Numbered from the stretch's first letter, positions 10,548 through 21,477 are shown. The stretch is 64,000 bases of DNA from Deinococcus sp. (GCA_965261005.1 OZ253375.1:2560001-2624000), one strand, 5' to 3'. Translations and numbers: made by a program. The notes: generated by a model not told the origin, from the letters alone.

Positions 10548-11324
10548 GTGAATCTTCTGGCCGAAACGTCCGGCACCCTGGTCAACGCCCTCACCGTGTT
10601 GGTCGGCAGCGCCCTCGGCGTGCTGCTGGGCGCTCGCCTGGGCGCGCAGACGCAGCGCACCTTGCTGCAAACCCTCAGCTTGGTCACGCTGTACATCGCC
10701 CTCGGCATGGCGGGCGACCTCGCCAAGGTGAGGGTGCTGGGCGTGCCGGGGGTCATTCTGGCCCTGGTCAGCCTCGCGCTGGGCGGCGTGCTGGGCGAGG
10801 CCCTCCGGTTGGAGGCGCGGCTGGAGCAGCTCGGCGAGGCGCTCAGGCGGCGTTTCCGGGGTGGCGGGCGTTTCAGCGAAGGCTTCGTGGCGGCCAGCTT
10901 GCTGTTTTGCGTCGGCCCCCTGACCCTGATCGGCTCGATTCAGAACGGCCTCACCCTCGACCCCTCCGCGCTGCTGGTCAAGGCGGCCCTGGACGGCGTC
11001 GCGGCGCTGGCCCTCGCCGGCGTGTACGGCGTGGGCGTGGGCTTCAGCGTGATCGTGGTGGTGGTGCTTCAGGGCGGCGTCTCGTTGGGCGCGGCGGGCT
11101 TCGCGGCGGCGCTGCCGGGCGGGGACCCCGGCGTGCTGGCCACCAACCCCTCCGTGCTGCTGATCACCGGCACGGGCGGCCTGATGATCGCGGGCGTCGC
11201 TTGGAACCTGATGCTCGCGGGCCTCGACCTCGGGCGCGAGCGGGTGCGGGTGGCGGCCCTGCTGCCCGCCTTACTGCTGGCGCCCCTCGCGCTGTGGGTG
11301 TTGAGCGCGCTCGGCTGGTCGTGA
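10548..11324 (+). CDS. DUF554 membrane protein
   Basis: GTLVNALTVLVGS, GFVAASLLFCVGPLTLIGSIQNG, KAALDG. Confidence 0.88.
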   Translation: MNLLAETSGTLVNALTVLVGSALGVLLGARLGAQTQRTLLQTLSLVTLYIALGMAGDLAKVRVLGVPGVILALVSLALGGVLGEALRLEARLEQLGEALRRRFRGGGRFSEGFVAASLLFCVGPLTLIGSIQNGLTLDPSALLVKAALDGVAALALAGVYGVGVGFSVIVVVVLQGGVSLGAAGFAAALPGGDPGVLATNPSVLLITGTGGLMIAGVAWNLMLAGLDLGRERVRVAALLPALLLAPLALWVLSALGWS

Positions 11325-11412
11325 ACGCTTGTGAAGTTTCAAACGTTTGTGAAATTTCAGGAGAAGCTCGTAAGAACATCGCAAGAAGGAGCCGTTTAGA
11401 TTGGAGCCACGC

Positions 11413-12609
11413 ATGCCCTCCCACCTGAACGTTCCTTCCTCACCTGCCACAGGTGGGGAAGCCTATTGGCGCCGTGTGCTGCTGCTGAGCCTGCCCTTGG
11501 CCCTGCTGGCGTTCGGCTTGTCCACGCTGCTCCTGAGCAGAAGCGGACAAGCCGAGATGCCCTACAACCGGATCGCTTACCCGCTGATGGAAGTGAGCCT
11601 CGTGCTGGCCGAAGTGACTTTGCTGGTGTCTCGGCGCTCGGTCAACGCCGTGGCGTACGCGACGATTGTCGGTACCTGCGTCTTTTTCCTGAGCAAGTTG
11701 GTCTACCTGCTTTTTGTTGCGCCGCCCGAAGTCAACGTTCTCAAGCAACTGACCGATTCGTTTTTTTGGCTTCCGGCCCTCTACATGCTCGCGGCCTTTG
11801 TGCCGGAGTTGCGGAACGTTCAGCGTATTTATGTGGCCTTCATGCTCTTGATGCTGGGCATCGTGATCCTGGCTGCGTTGCGTTGGTATCTGGCTGGAGA
11901 CTTCGACGACGTGAACGTTTTGAATACCCTGAACGCCTTGCAGCAGCTCATTCTCGCCAACACCGGGTTTCTCGGCGTCACGCGCGCCACCGTCAGCTTG
12001 CTCAACGCGCGGACCAGGGCCATGGAAGCGTTGGTGTTGACCGACCCGCTGACCGGGCTATACAACCGCCGCTTTTTGTACGACCGTTTGCCGGTCGCCC
12101 TCAAAAAGGCGCGTGACGAAGGGCGGGCGCTGGCGCTGATTTTCTTTGACCTCGACGGCTTCAAGCAGGTGAACGACACCTTCGGTCACGCCGCTGGGGA
12201 CGCCCTGCTGTGCCGGGTGGCGCGGCAGCTGCGTGCGGGCACGCGCGCGGGCGAACTGGCGGTGCGCGTCAGCGGCGACGAGTTCGTGCTGCTGTCGCCG
12301 GTCGCGTCGCCCGTGGGGGCGCACGAGCGCGCCGCCCAGATGTGGAACGACTTGACGGGTACCGATGTGTCTGGCGCCGATTCGGACCAGCCCTGGACGG
12401 GCGTGCGGGTCACGGCCAGCGTGGGCGTCAGCGTGTACCCCTTTGACGCCCAGGACGCCGACGCCCTCTTGTCGCACGCGGACGCCGCCATGTACCGCGT
12501 CAAGAATTCTGGGAAAAATGGTGTGCAGCCCTTTGAGCGGCGCGGCGTCCCAAGGGACCCTGTGGCGGTCACGGCTGACGGCCCCCGCTATACTTCCCGG
12601 CATGATTGA
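11413..12609 (+). CDS. Membrane-bound GGDEF diguanylate cyclase
   Basis: About 6 TM segments, then TDPLTGLYNRR, DLDGFKQVNDTFGHAAGD, RVSGDEF, ADAAMY. Confidence 0.9.
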   Translation: MPSHLNVPSSPATGGEAYWRRVLLLSLPLALLAFGLSTLLLSRSGQAEMPYNRIAYPLMEVSLVLAEVTLLVSRRSVNAVAYATIVGTCVFFLSKLVYLLFVAPPEVNVLKQLTDSFFWLPALYMLAAFVPELRNVQRIYVAFMLLMLGIVILAALRWYLAGDFDDVNVLNTLNALQQLILANTGFLGVTRATVSLLNARTRAMEALVLTDPLTGLYNRRFLYDRLPVALKKARDEGRALALIFFDLDGFKQVNDTFGHAAGDALLCRVARQLRAGTRAGELAVRVSGDEFVLLSPVASPVGAHERAAQMWNDLTGTDVSGADSDQPWTGVRVTASVGVSVYPFDAQDADALLSHADAAMYRVKNSGKNGVQPFERRGVPRDPVAVTADGPRYTSRHD

Positions 12610-12889
12610 CGCGGCCGAAATGGCGCACCTGAAAAAGCTCGCCCGCTTGGAGCTGAGCGAGGCGGAAACGGCGCGAATCCAGCACGATCTCAACGCCGTG
12701 CTGGGCTACTTCGAGCAGCTGCGCGAACTGGACACGTCGGGCGTGGCGGAACTGCGCCGCCCGGTGGCGCTGGAGAACGTGCTGCGCGCCGACTTGCCCG
12801 GCGAGATGTTCACGCAGGAGGAAGCCCTCGCGCTCGCGGTGGAGCGGCAGGACGGCTTTTTCAAGGTGCCGCGCACGGTGGACCAATAG
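12602..12889 (+). CDS. gatC: Asp/Glu-tRNA amidotransferase subunit C
   Basis: HLKKLARLEL...YFEQLRELDTSGV...NVLRAD...FFKVPR; TATACT -10 immediately upstream. Confidence 0.93.
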   Translation: MIDAAEMAHLKKLARLELSEAETARIQHDLNAVLGYFEQLRELDTSGVAELRRPVALENVLRADLPGEMFTQEEALALAVERQDGFFKVPRTVDQ

Positions 12890-12891
12890 GC

Positions 12892-14163
12892 ATGCTGGAC
12901 CTCAAGTTCATTCGCGAACAGCCGGAGGTGGTGCGGCGCGCCATCTCCGTCAAGCACCTCGACCTCGACTTGGGGCACCTCTTGCGCGTGGACGCCGAGC
13001 TGTTGGCCCTGCGCCAGCGCCAAGAGCAGCTTCAGGCCGAGCGCAACGCCAACGCCAAGCGGGTGCCGCAGGCGGGCGCGGAGGAGCGTCCCCAGCTGAT
13101 TCAGCGCGGCAAGGACCTCGCCGAGGAGCTGCGCGCCCTGGAACCCGAGCTGCGCGCCTTTGAGGACGCGCTCAAGCAGCTGCTGCTGCAAGTCCCACAG
13201 ATTCCCGACGAGCGCGCCCCGCTGGGCGCCTCCGACGCCGACAACGTCGAGCTGCGCCGCGAGGGGGAGCCGCCCGCCTTTGACTTCGGGCCGCGCGACC
13301 ACGTCGCCCTGCTCGGCGCCCAAGGTTGGGCTGACTTGGAGCGGGTCGCCAAGGTGTCGGGCAGCCGCTCGTACCTGCTGCGCGGCGACCTCGCGCGCTT
13401 GGAGCAGGCCGTCATCAGTTACGCGCTGGACTTCCTGACGGCGCGCGGCCTCACCCCCGTCAGCACCTCCGCCTTGGTACGGCCCGAAACGCTCATCGGC
13501 ACCGGCCACTTTCCCGGCGGCGAGGACCAGGTGTACAAGATCGAGGGCGAGGACCTGATGCTGGCCGGCACCGCCGAGGTGCCGGTCAACAGCCTCTACG
13601 CCGGCGAGGTGCTGGACGAGGCCGACTTGCCCATCGCCCTGGCCGCTCTCTCGGGCGCGTTCCGCTCGGAAGCGGGCAGCGCCGGGCGCGATGTGCGCGG
13701 CCTGATGCGGGTCCACGAATTCAAAAAGGTGGAGCAATACGTGATGTGCCGCCCGGAAGACGCCTGGGACTGGTTTGCGCGCCTCTTGGAAAACGCCGAG
13801 GACATGCTGCGGGCGCTGGAATTGCCGTACCGGGTGATGGTCAACAGCACCGGCGATATGGGGCGCGGCAAGGTGCTGATGTACGACATCGAGTGCTGGG
13901 TGCCCAGCGAGGGGCGTTACCGCGAGACGCACTCGTGCTCGTACCTGGGCGACTGGCAAGCGCGCCGCACCGGAACTCGCTACAAGGCGCAGGACGGCAA
14001 GCTGCACTTTCCCCACACCCTCAACAACACCGGCCTGGCCGTGCCGCGCATCCTGGTGCCCCTGTTGGAAAACCACCAACACGCCGACGGCCGCGTGACG
14101 CTGCCGGAGGTGCTGAGGCCGTACCTGGGCGGCAAAGCGGTGCTGGGCGAGGCCGTATACTGA
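12892..14163 (+). CDS. serS: Serine--tRNA ligase
   Basis: MLDLKFIRE coiled-coil arm, GTAEVP, FRSEAGSAGRDVRGLMRVHEF.KVE, HTLNNT. Confidence 0.97.
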   Translation: MLDLKFIREQPEVVRRAISVKHLDLDLGHLLRVDAELLALRQRQEQLQAERNANAKRVPQAGAEERPQLIQRGKDLAEELRALEPELRAFEDALKQLLLQVPQIPDERAPLGASDADNVELRREGEPPAFDFGPRDHVALLGAQGWADLERVAKVSGSRSYLLRGDLARLEQAVISYALDFLTARGLTPVSTSALVRPETLIGTGHFPGGEDQVYKIEGEDLMLAGTAEVPVNSLYAGEVLDEADLPIALAALSGAFRSEAGSAGRDVRGLMRVHEFKKVEQYVMCRPEDAWDWFARLLENAEDMLRALELPYRVMVNSTGDMGRGKVLMYDIECWVPSEGRYRETHSCSYLGDWQARRTGTRYKAQDGKLHFPHTLNNTGLAVPRILVPLLENHQHADGRVTLPEVLRPYLGGKAVLGEAVY

Positions 14164-14167
14164 GGGC

Positions 14168-14677
14168 GTGACCTCATACAACTCTAAGATTTTCCCGGCC
14201 GCGCTCGTCGCCCTCTCCCTCGGCACCGTCTCGGCCAAGGCCTACACCAACGCGGCGCACGGCTTCTCTGTCAGCCCCCCGCCAAGCTGGCAAACTCGGG
14301 AAGGCGTGATGGGCACGGTGGTGGTCTTCGTGGCCCCGCAGGTTGCGGGGCAATTTACGCCCAACGTCAACGTGGTGGTTCAGCCGGCGCCAAGCGGCGT
14401 TTCGTTGGCCCAACTGACCGATGCGAGCGTGCAGCAGATCGGCAACCTCATCACGAACTTCAAGCTGGTGAAGCGCGCAAAGAGCACGCTGGGAGGCGCT
14501 CCCTCAAACCAGATCGAGTACACCGGCGTTCAAGGCAAGTTTGCGCTGCACTTTCAACAGACCTTCGCGTTCAAGAACGGCAAGGCGTACATTCTGACCT
14601 TCACCGACGATCAGAAAGATCTTGCATCCGCGCGCAAGAACGTGGCGGCCACCTTGCAGAGCTTCAAGTTCCGCTGA
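14168..14677 (+). CDS. Secreted PsbP/DcrB-like protein
   Basis: Signal peptide; FSVSPPPSW, PNVNVVVQP, AYILTFT. Confidence 0.7.
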   Translation: MTSYNSKIFPAALVALSLGTVSAKAYTNAAHGFSVSPPPSWQTREGVMGTVVVFVAPQVAGQFTPNVNVVVQPAPSGVSLAQLTDASVQQIGNLITNFKLVKRAKSTLGGAPSNQIEYTGVQGKFALHFQQTFAFKNGKAYILTFTDDQKDLASARKNVAATLQSFKFR

Positions 14678-14679
14678 GT

Positions 14680-15456
14680 TCAGGCCAGTTCCCGCGCCAA
14701 TTCCCCCGCCAAGTTCTCCAGCCAGCCCGGCAGCCCCAGCGCCGCGCAGCTGACGCGCTGGTGGGCGTGGGGGGACAGGCACTCGGCCTCGCCCACCTGC
14801 ACCGCCACGCCCGCCGCCTGAAACATGGCGACGTCGTTGTCCGAGTCGCCAAAGGCGACGGTGTCCCCCATGGGCACGCCGAGTTCACGCGCAATGTCGC
14901 GCAGCGCCTCGCCCTTGTTGGCCCGCTCCGGGGTGACGGTCAGAAACTCCGAGTACGGCAGCACGCCCCCCGTCACGTTGAAGTTGCCCAAGGCGTGAAT
15001 GCGCTTTGTCAACACCGCCGCCTCGGCGCTGTGAATGCCCAGGCGCAGCAATGTCTTGCCGCGCGCCTCAAAAAGCGGCAGCAGCGTGCGCCCCGCGCGC
15101 CAGCGGTCGTGTTCGGGGTCCGAGGGGTCGCGCACGTAGGTCTGCCCCCCCACGTCCACCGCGAAGACGTGCGCCTCCTGGGGCAGCGCGTTCAGCAGCG
15201 CCGTGCCCGCCGCCGCCGGAATGTGGTGCTCGGCCACGACCTCACCTTTCACCACAATGGTGCCGCCGTTGTTGACCGCCCACGCCTCGGGCCGGATACC
15301 CTCCATCACGTTGTCCGGCACGCTGGCCCGCCCGGTGATAACCGCGAACAGGCAGCCGCGCTCCCGCAGCGCGGCGACCGTTTCCAAACTTCGCGCGGGC
15401 ACGATCTTTTCTTCGTCGAGCAGGGTTCCGTCCAGGTCAAAGGCGATCAGGCGCAT
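14680..15456 (-). CDS. Cof-type HAD-IIB hydrolase
   Basis: DLDGTLL, ITGR, NKGEAL, FGDSDNDVAMF. Confidence 0.93.
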   Translation of the reverse strand: MRLIAFDLDGTLLDEEKIVPARSLETVAALRERGCLFAVITGRASVPDNVMEGIRPEAWAVNNGGTIVVKGEVVAEHHIPAAAGTALLNALPQEAHVFAVDVGGQTYVRDPSDPEHDRWRAGRTLLPLFEARGKTLLRLGIHSAEAAVLTKRIHALGNFNVTGGVLPYSEFLTVTPERANKGEALRDIARELGVPMGDTVAFGDSDNDVAMFQAAGVAVQVGEAECLSPHAHQRVSCAALGLPGWLENLAGELARELA

Positions 15457-15521
15457 GGGGATATTGTCTCACGGGCGCGGCGTCTCGAAGGTGACCGGGC
15501 AAGGCGCATTAGACTTTCCTC

Positions 15522-16943
15522 ATGCTGCCCCTGGTGCGCCTGAGCGGCGTGGACGTTCAGTTGGCGGGGCAATCGGTGTTGCGTCACCTCAGCTGGACCC
15601 TGCGCGCCGGCGAGGTGTGGGCCGTGACCGGGGCGAATGGGGCGGGCAAGAGCAGCTTCTTCCGCCTTATGCGCGGCGAGCTGTGGCCGTGCGCCGGCGA
15701 GCGGGTGTACGCGCTCTCGGGGCGCGAGACGCGCAGCCCGCTGGACGCCAAAGGGCGCGTCCACTTGGTGTCGCCCGAACTCGGGGACGCCTACCTGCGT
15801 GCCGAGTGGACCCTCAGCGCGCGGCAGGTGGTCGAGAGCGGCTTGGGCAAGGGAACGTTGCCTCCCTACCCGCCGCAGCCACAGCAGGCAGAACGGGCGC
15901 TGGCCGCCTTGGCGCGGCTCGGTTTGTCCCACCTGGCCCGTCAGGATGTGCGCGCCCTCTCGACCGGGCAGCGCCGCCAAGTGCTGCTGGCGCGCGCGCT
16001 CGTGGGGGAGCCGCGCGTCCTGATCCTCGACGAGTTCTTCGAGGGGCTGGACGCGGCGGCGCGTGAACGGCTGCGCGGCCTGCTGGAAGACCTCACGCGC
16101 GGCGGCCTGACGCTGCTCTACAGCACCCACCGCCGGGAAGAGTTTCTGACGGGCACGACCCACCATCTGCACCTCGCCGGCGGACAAATCACAGTTCAGG
16201 GCGAGGTTGGGCACGCCGTCAAGCCGCCCCCGCCACGCGAAAAGCCGGCCCCCGCCACCTCCGGCGAGACCGTCCTCTCCGTCGAGCACGCCGACGTGTA
16301 CCGGGACGGGCGGCGCGTGTTGGAGGGCGTGAATTGGCAGCTGCGAGAGGGCGAACATTGGGCGGTGCTGGGGCCGAACGGGGCGGGGAAGAGCAGCTTC
16401 GCGCGCCTCGTGGCCGGGGAACTGCATCCCGCCGTGGGCGCGCGGGTGCGCCGCTTCGATCTGCCGGAACGCGCCACGCTGGAGGCGCGCCGCCGCGCCA
16501 TTGCCCTGGTCTCGGCCGAGGAGCAGGCCCGCCACAAGCGGGACGTGTCCGGCGAGGTGGTCGTCGCGTCAGGCTTTTTTGGCACAGTCGGAGCGGCCCG
16601 GCCCATGACAAGCGCCCAGCGGAACGTCTTGGAACAAGTGGCCGGTCGCCTGCATATCCGCGATCTGCTGCCGCGCTTGGCGAACGGGCTGTCGCACGGC
16701 CAGCTCAAAAAGCTGGTCCTGGCGCGCGCCCTGATCGCCGCGCCGCGCCTGCTGCTGCTCGACGAACCCTTCGACTACCTGGACGCCGACTTTCGCGCGC
16801 GGTTGCTGAGTGAGCTGGAACGCGCGGTCGGGGCAGGCCGGCACACGCTGTGGGTGGTCCATCACCCGGGGGACCTGCCCGGCTACGTCACCCACGCCCT
16901 GCGGCTGGAGGCGGGGCGGGTGGTGTCGGCGGGGCCGCTTTGA
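15522..16943 (+). CDS. Double-domain ABC ATP-binding protein (ModF-like)
   Basis: Two Walker A (GANGAGKS, GPNGAGKS), signature and Walker B sets. Confidence 0.88.
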   Translation: MLPLVRLSGVDVQLAGQSVLRHLSWTLRAGEVWAVTGANGAGKSSFFRLMRGELWPCAGERVYALSGRETRSPLDAKGRVHLVSPELGDAYLRAEWTLSARQVVESGLGKGTLPPYPPQPQQAERALAALARLGLSHLARQDVRALSTGQRRQVLLARALVGEPRVLILDEFFEGLDAAARERLRGLLEDLTRGGLTLLYSTHRREEFLTGTTHHLHLAGGQITVQGEVGHAVKPPPPREKPAPATSGETVLSVEHADVYRDGRRVLEGVNWQLREGEHWAVLGPNGAGKSSFARLVAGELHPAVGARVRRFDLPERATLEARRRAIALVSAEEQARHKRDVSGEVVVASGFFGTVGAARPMTSAQRNVLEQVAGRLHIRDLLPRLANGLSHGQLKKLVLARALIAAPRLLLLDEPFDYLDADFRARLLSELERAVGAGRHTLWVVHHPGDLPGYVTHALRLEAGRVVSAGPL

Positions 16944-16949
16944 ACGCTC

Positions 16950-17189
16950 TCAGCGCCCTGGGCTGTTGGCGTTCAGTGGTTCGCGTTGCGGGCCGGCAGT
17001 CAGGGCGCGCCACTCGTCGTCGAAGACCAGCAGGGTCAGGCTGCCGCGCAGGCGCAGCTTGGCCACGAAGGTCTGGCCGAACAGCGCCTCCAATTGGGCC
17101 ACGCTGGGCCAAGCGGCGCGTCTGGCCTCGTCTTGCACGCGAACACGTTCGGGCGCGGCGGGCGTCCAAGTGCAGGTGATGGTGTGCAT
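16950..17189 (-). CDS. Small hypothetical protein
   Basis: SD AGGAG before the ATG; 79 aa, no recognised motif. Confidence 0.5.
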   Translation of the reverse strand: MHTITCTWTPAAPERVRVQDEARRAAWPSVAQLEALFGQTFVAKLRLRGSLTLLVFDDEWRALTAGPQREPLNANSPGR

Positions 17190-17382
17190 GTGCGCTCCTG
17201 AGAAGCCGCTTTTGGCTTGGCCCGGTCAAATGGTCATGGCGTCCTTCTTCAAGCTTCCCTCTATCCTCCACACCGGGATAAAACGCAGATGGAAGGCCGC
17301 ATGAAGACGTTCTGAGTCTTCCGTTTGCGGAAAGCGGCCGTTCCAAACGGGAGAGTTCACCGGGGCGCCTTACACTGCGCCG

Positions 17383-19125
17383 GTGCGCTTTCCAAAACGT
17401 GCCGCCGAGCGGCTGTGGATTTGCGCGCTGCTGGCGCTGCTCGGCTGGACTTGGCTGGCCGCGCGCCGCCCGCCCGACCTGATCGTGTACGGCGCCACGC
17501 CGCAGGGGGTGGCCCTGGCCGTCACGGCGGCGCGCGAGGGCCTGAAGGTCACGCTGCTGGACGCCGCGCCGCAGCCCGGCGGCGTGCTGGCGCGCGCCTG
17601 GCTGGCAACGCTCGACGTCTCGCTGGATGGGCATGGCCGCCCGCAGCACGGGTCGTTCTTCAAGCGGCTGTGGCGCGACATAGGCCACGACGTCACCCTC
17701 GATGTGCCCACCCTGCGGCGCGCCCTGTGGGCGCCGCTGTTGGGGACCGGGGTGCGCGTGCGGCTGTCCACCCCACTTCGGGGCGTTCAGGTGCAGGGTG
17801 GCCGCGTGCTGAGCGTCACGCCCCTGAGCGGTCCGCCGCTGCGGGCGCGCTTTTTCGCCGACGCCAGCGACACGGCCGACCTCGCCGCCCTGGCCGGCGC
17901 CCCCTTCACGCTGGGGCGTGAGGACGGTGGTCAGGACCGCGCCCAGATGGCGGCGACCCTGGTATTCGCGCTGCGCGGGGTGAATTGGGCCGCCCTCGGG
18001 CGCCGGGTGGACGCTGAGCGGCGGGCCGGCCAAGTGGCCTACTGGGGCGGCGCCGGCGCCGTCGGCTTGGGCGACGTGGCCGCGCGCTACCGCCCGAGCG
18101 ACCCGGGAACCTTCGCGCTGCGCGGCCTCAACCTGGCCCGCCAGCGAGGCGGCGCGGTGCTGGTCAGCGCGTTGCAGCTGTTCGGCGTGGACGGCGCGCG
18201 GCCGGAGGGGCGGCGGGCAGGCTGGGCGCGGGCCACCTCAGAGGCGGCGCGCGTCACGGCCTTTTTGCGCCGTGAAGCGCCGGACGCTTTCGGCGGGGCA
18301 ACGCTCGCCGGCGTGGCGCCCGAGCTGTACGTGCGCGAAAGCCGTCACTTGGTCGGCGCGTACCGCTTAAGCGTCCCGGACGTGCTGGGCGGGCGGCGCT
18401 TTGCGGACGCCCTCGCGGTGGGCCGCTACCCGCTGGACGGTCAGGCGTACCGGGGGAGCGAGGCGCCCTTTCTGCTCGGTTTGCCCCAGCCCTATGAGGT
18501 GCCGCTGCGCAGCCTTGTGCCGCGCGGCCTGAGCAACCTGCTGGTGGTGTCGCAGGCCGCCTCCTTTGACAGCGCGGCGGCCTACTCGGCGCGGGTGGTG
18601 CCGCTGCAAATCAACTTGGGCCAGTCGGCGGGCCTGGCCGTGGCCGTGGCCGCGCGCTTTGGGGGCGGCTTTCCCCAATTGGCCGGCAGCGCCCGCGAGC
18701 TGCACGCGCTGCGCGCCCTGCTGCGGCGTCGCGGCGCGCTGGAAGACCTGCCCCCCGCGCCACCCGCGCGCTTCACACCCCCCGAACTGGCGCTGCTGCG
18801 GCGCGGTCTGTTCGGCGGCCAACTGGACGTCCCCGGCTTGCCGAGGGCCGGCGCCCCCGTGCCGGCGCGTATCTTCTTCAATCACCTGGAGCACGTGAGC
18901 GGTGTGCTCGGCCACCCAGACCTTCGCCCGCGCTTTCTGGCTTGGCGGGCGCAATTTGGAGGTGTGCCGGGGGCGCCGCTGTCCTGCGCGGACGCCCGGG
19001 GGGTCCTGCGGAGCCTGGGCGCCGTGGAATTGCCCCCGGACTCAGCGGCGCCGCTCAGCTACGGCGAGGCGGCGCGGGTGCTGTGGGCCTGGTTGGGCGG
19101 GGCTCAAGTTCGGCAACGTTTTTGA
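17383..19125 (+). CDS. FAD-dependent oxidoreductase with N-terminal membrane anchor
   Basis: DLIVYGATPQGV..AV.AAREG, FADASDTADLA, YVRESRH. Confidence 0.85.
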   Translation: MRFPKRAAERLWICALLALLGWTWLAARRPPDLIVYGATPQGVALAVTAAREGLKVTLLDAAPQPGGVLARAWLATLDVSLDGHGRPQHGSFFKRLWRDIGHDVTLDVPTLRRALWAPLLGTGVRVRLSTPLRGVQVQGGRVLSVTPLSGPPLRARFFADASDTADLAALAGAPFTLGREDGGQDRAQMAATLVFALRGVNWAALGRRVDAERRAGQVAYWGGAGAVGLGDVAARYRPSDPGTFALRGLNLARQRGGAVLVSALQLFGVDGARPEGRRAGWARATSEAARVTAFLRREAPDAFGGATLAGVAPELYVRESRHLVGAYRLSVPDVLGGRRFADALAVGRYPLDGQAYRGSEAPFLLGLPQPYEVPLRSLVPRGLSNLLVVSQAASFDSAAAYSARVVPLQINLGQSAGLAVAVAARFGGGFPQLAGSARELHALRALLRRRGALEDLPPAPPARFTPPELALLRRGLFGGQLDVPGLPRAGAPVPARIFFNHLEHVSGVLGHPDLRPRFLAWRAQFGGVPGAPLSCADARGVLRSLGAVELPPDSAAPLSYGEAARVLWAWLGGAQVRQRF

Positions 19126-21477
19126 CCAGCAGCTATATGTGCTGAACTGCTCCAAAAGCCCCTAGAATGAGTCATGTCTGAGTACGAAGAGCGCAAGCAA
19201 GGTCAGCAGCGGTCGGGCGCAGCGCCACAGGTCACGTATGTGCCCCCGCTGCCTGTTCCGAATCAGGCGGCCGTCCAGCTTGATCTGCAACAGCGCACCC
19301 TTGAGCGTTACCAGCAGTTCTTCGCAACACCAGACCTCGCCCAGCGTTCAAGCGTTACCCCGGTCTTCGAAGCCGCTCAGGTGCAACGCACCTTGGTCTT
19401 GCAGCGTCAGCAATCGCAGCTGGCCTTGCAGCGCCAGATCGAAGCGCTGAGCGAGGGCTTGCCTCCTCACGCTCTTCAGTCCGCTCTACAACGTCAGGCC
19501 GAGCAAGCTCAAGTGCCCGCCTTGCCCCCTATCTTCAATGGGCCGACCAGGTCACAACCTTCCTACGCCGACCATGCCCAGCGCTACGCCCACGAGTCCG
19601 TTGCCTTGCAGCGGCAAGCGGACCAGCACAGCGGCTTCGTCGCCATGTCCGCCTGGCCGACCATTTAGGGGCGGGCGACGCAGGACTTGGCGCAGCGCTT
19701 CCGAACCGACCTTGCCACTCAGCGCTACGCTGAGTTGGGGCAGAGCTTGGCCGTAGTACAGCGTCAGCCAAACGGGAAGCAGGTGGCGCGGGTCGTCCTG
19801 CAACGCTTGCCGGCGAGTGAGCGTCCTTTGGTACAACGGGCGCTTGACGAGGCAGAAAGCGAACATCAGCAGTTCCAAGCGCAGGATCGGAAGGCGTTGG
19901 AGCTGCACGCCTTGCAACGGAAGCTGACGGAGGAAGCAAGCGTTGCTCCCCAAGCGATTCCGAGGGGAAGCGGCCAACCCCTGCCTCTCGCGGTGCAACG
20001 ACAACTGGAAGTGGGGCTGAACATCCCGAGAGAACACTTGCAAGCTGTCCGAGTCCACGCTGACTCCAGCGCTCACAGCTTTGCCAAGTCTGTTCAGGCC
20101 ATCGCGGCGACGGTCGGAACGAACATCTTCTTTCAGCAGGGCAAGCTGGACACCGAGAGCGCCGAGGGCCAAGAGCTGTTGGCCCATGAGGTCACCCACA
20201 CCTGGCAGCAAGCTCAGGGGAAGGTCACGGGCAAGGGCATTGACCCTGACGCTGGGTTAGAGCACGAGGCGCGGGACGCGGGCAAGACGTTCGCTCGGCA
20301 AGCCAAAACGCCCGAGTTCCTGGCGCGTTTTGAGCGGAGAAGACAAAGCGTGGAGGCGCACTTTCAAGCCGGACTTCACACGCCTAAAACCGTGCAGCGT
20401 CTGGCAGCGCCGACACCCGAGGTGACGTGGTACCGGGACTTCGTGGGCAACGTGGCTGGCGTCAGCGTCGCGCTCAGCTTGCGGCGCAGCGGGAACACGC
20501 TGCACGGCCGCTATCAGTACCACGGTCAAAGCGCTTGGCTCACCGTCGAGGGCGAGATCGAACCCCAGCACAAGAGCGTCACGCTGACCGAGCGCGACGA
20601 GCGGGGCAAGGTCACCGGCAGCTTCCGGGGGAGCTTCACGGGCAAGGGCGGTGAAACGCTGAGCGGCACTTGGACCAACGCGACCACTGCAAAGCAGCAC
20701 CCCTTCAGCTTCACGCTCTCGGAGGTTCACGCTGCACCCAAAGCGCCCCCAGCCCCGGCACCTTTGCCCACGTGGGAACGGACGTATGGCGGCACCTTGG
20801 CGGGCAGCGACCTGAGCCTGCGACTCAAGGGGAACGGTGGTCAAGTGGACGGGCGCTTCACCCTCGGCACGCTGGGCACGGGCAGCTGTGCGGGGCAGCA
20901 GGACGGGGACCAGCTGAACCTGACGCTGACGTATGCGAGCGGCAAGAACAAGGGGCAAAGCCGGACGCTGGCGCTGACCCTCAAGGGGGAGATGGAACTC
21001 AGTGGCAGCTGGGCGGGCGGGGACACCAGCTACGCCCTTTTGCTCTCCTCTCAAGTCCAAGCGCCGGAGAAGCCCCGAGGCGAGCTTTCGGACGCGGCGG
21101 AAGCGGCCGTGATCGCCGCCCTGCCCGCCGCCATGCAAAAGGCCGGCAAGGTGGTGAGCATGCGGGACGTGCAGCGCAACGTTCCGCTCATCTGGGAGGC
21201 ATGCCGAAAAGCGGGCGTGACGGACCCGGCCCAAGTCGCCTACATTTTGGTCACGGCGGGTTGGGAAACTATGCTGGGTCTCGAAGGCTGGATGGTCGAG
21301 CAGCCGAAAAGACCGGTCAGAGATGGAGCAGATGAGATAGATTACTTCGAGGGCAAATACGGCTATAAGACCGACCTCGGCGCCAAGCAACTCGGCAACA
21401 CGGAGCCGGGCGACGGCTATAAGTACCGGGGACGTGGCTTTGTCCAGCTCACGGGCCGGGCACACTACACCTATTGG

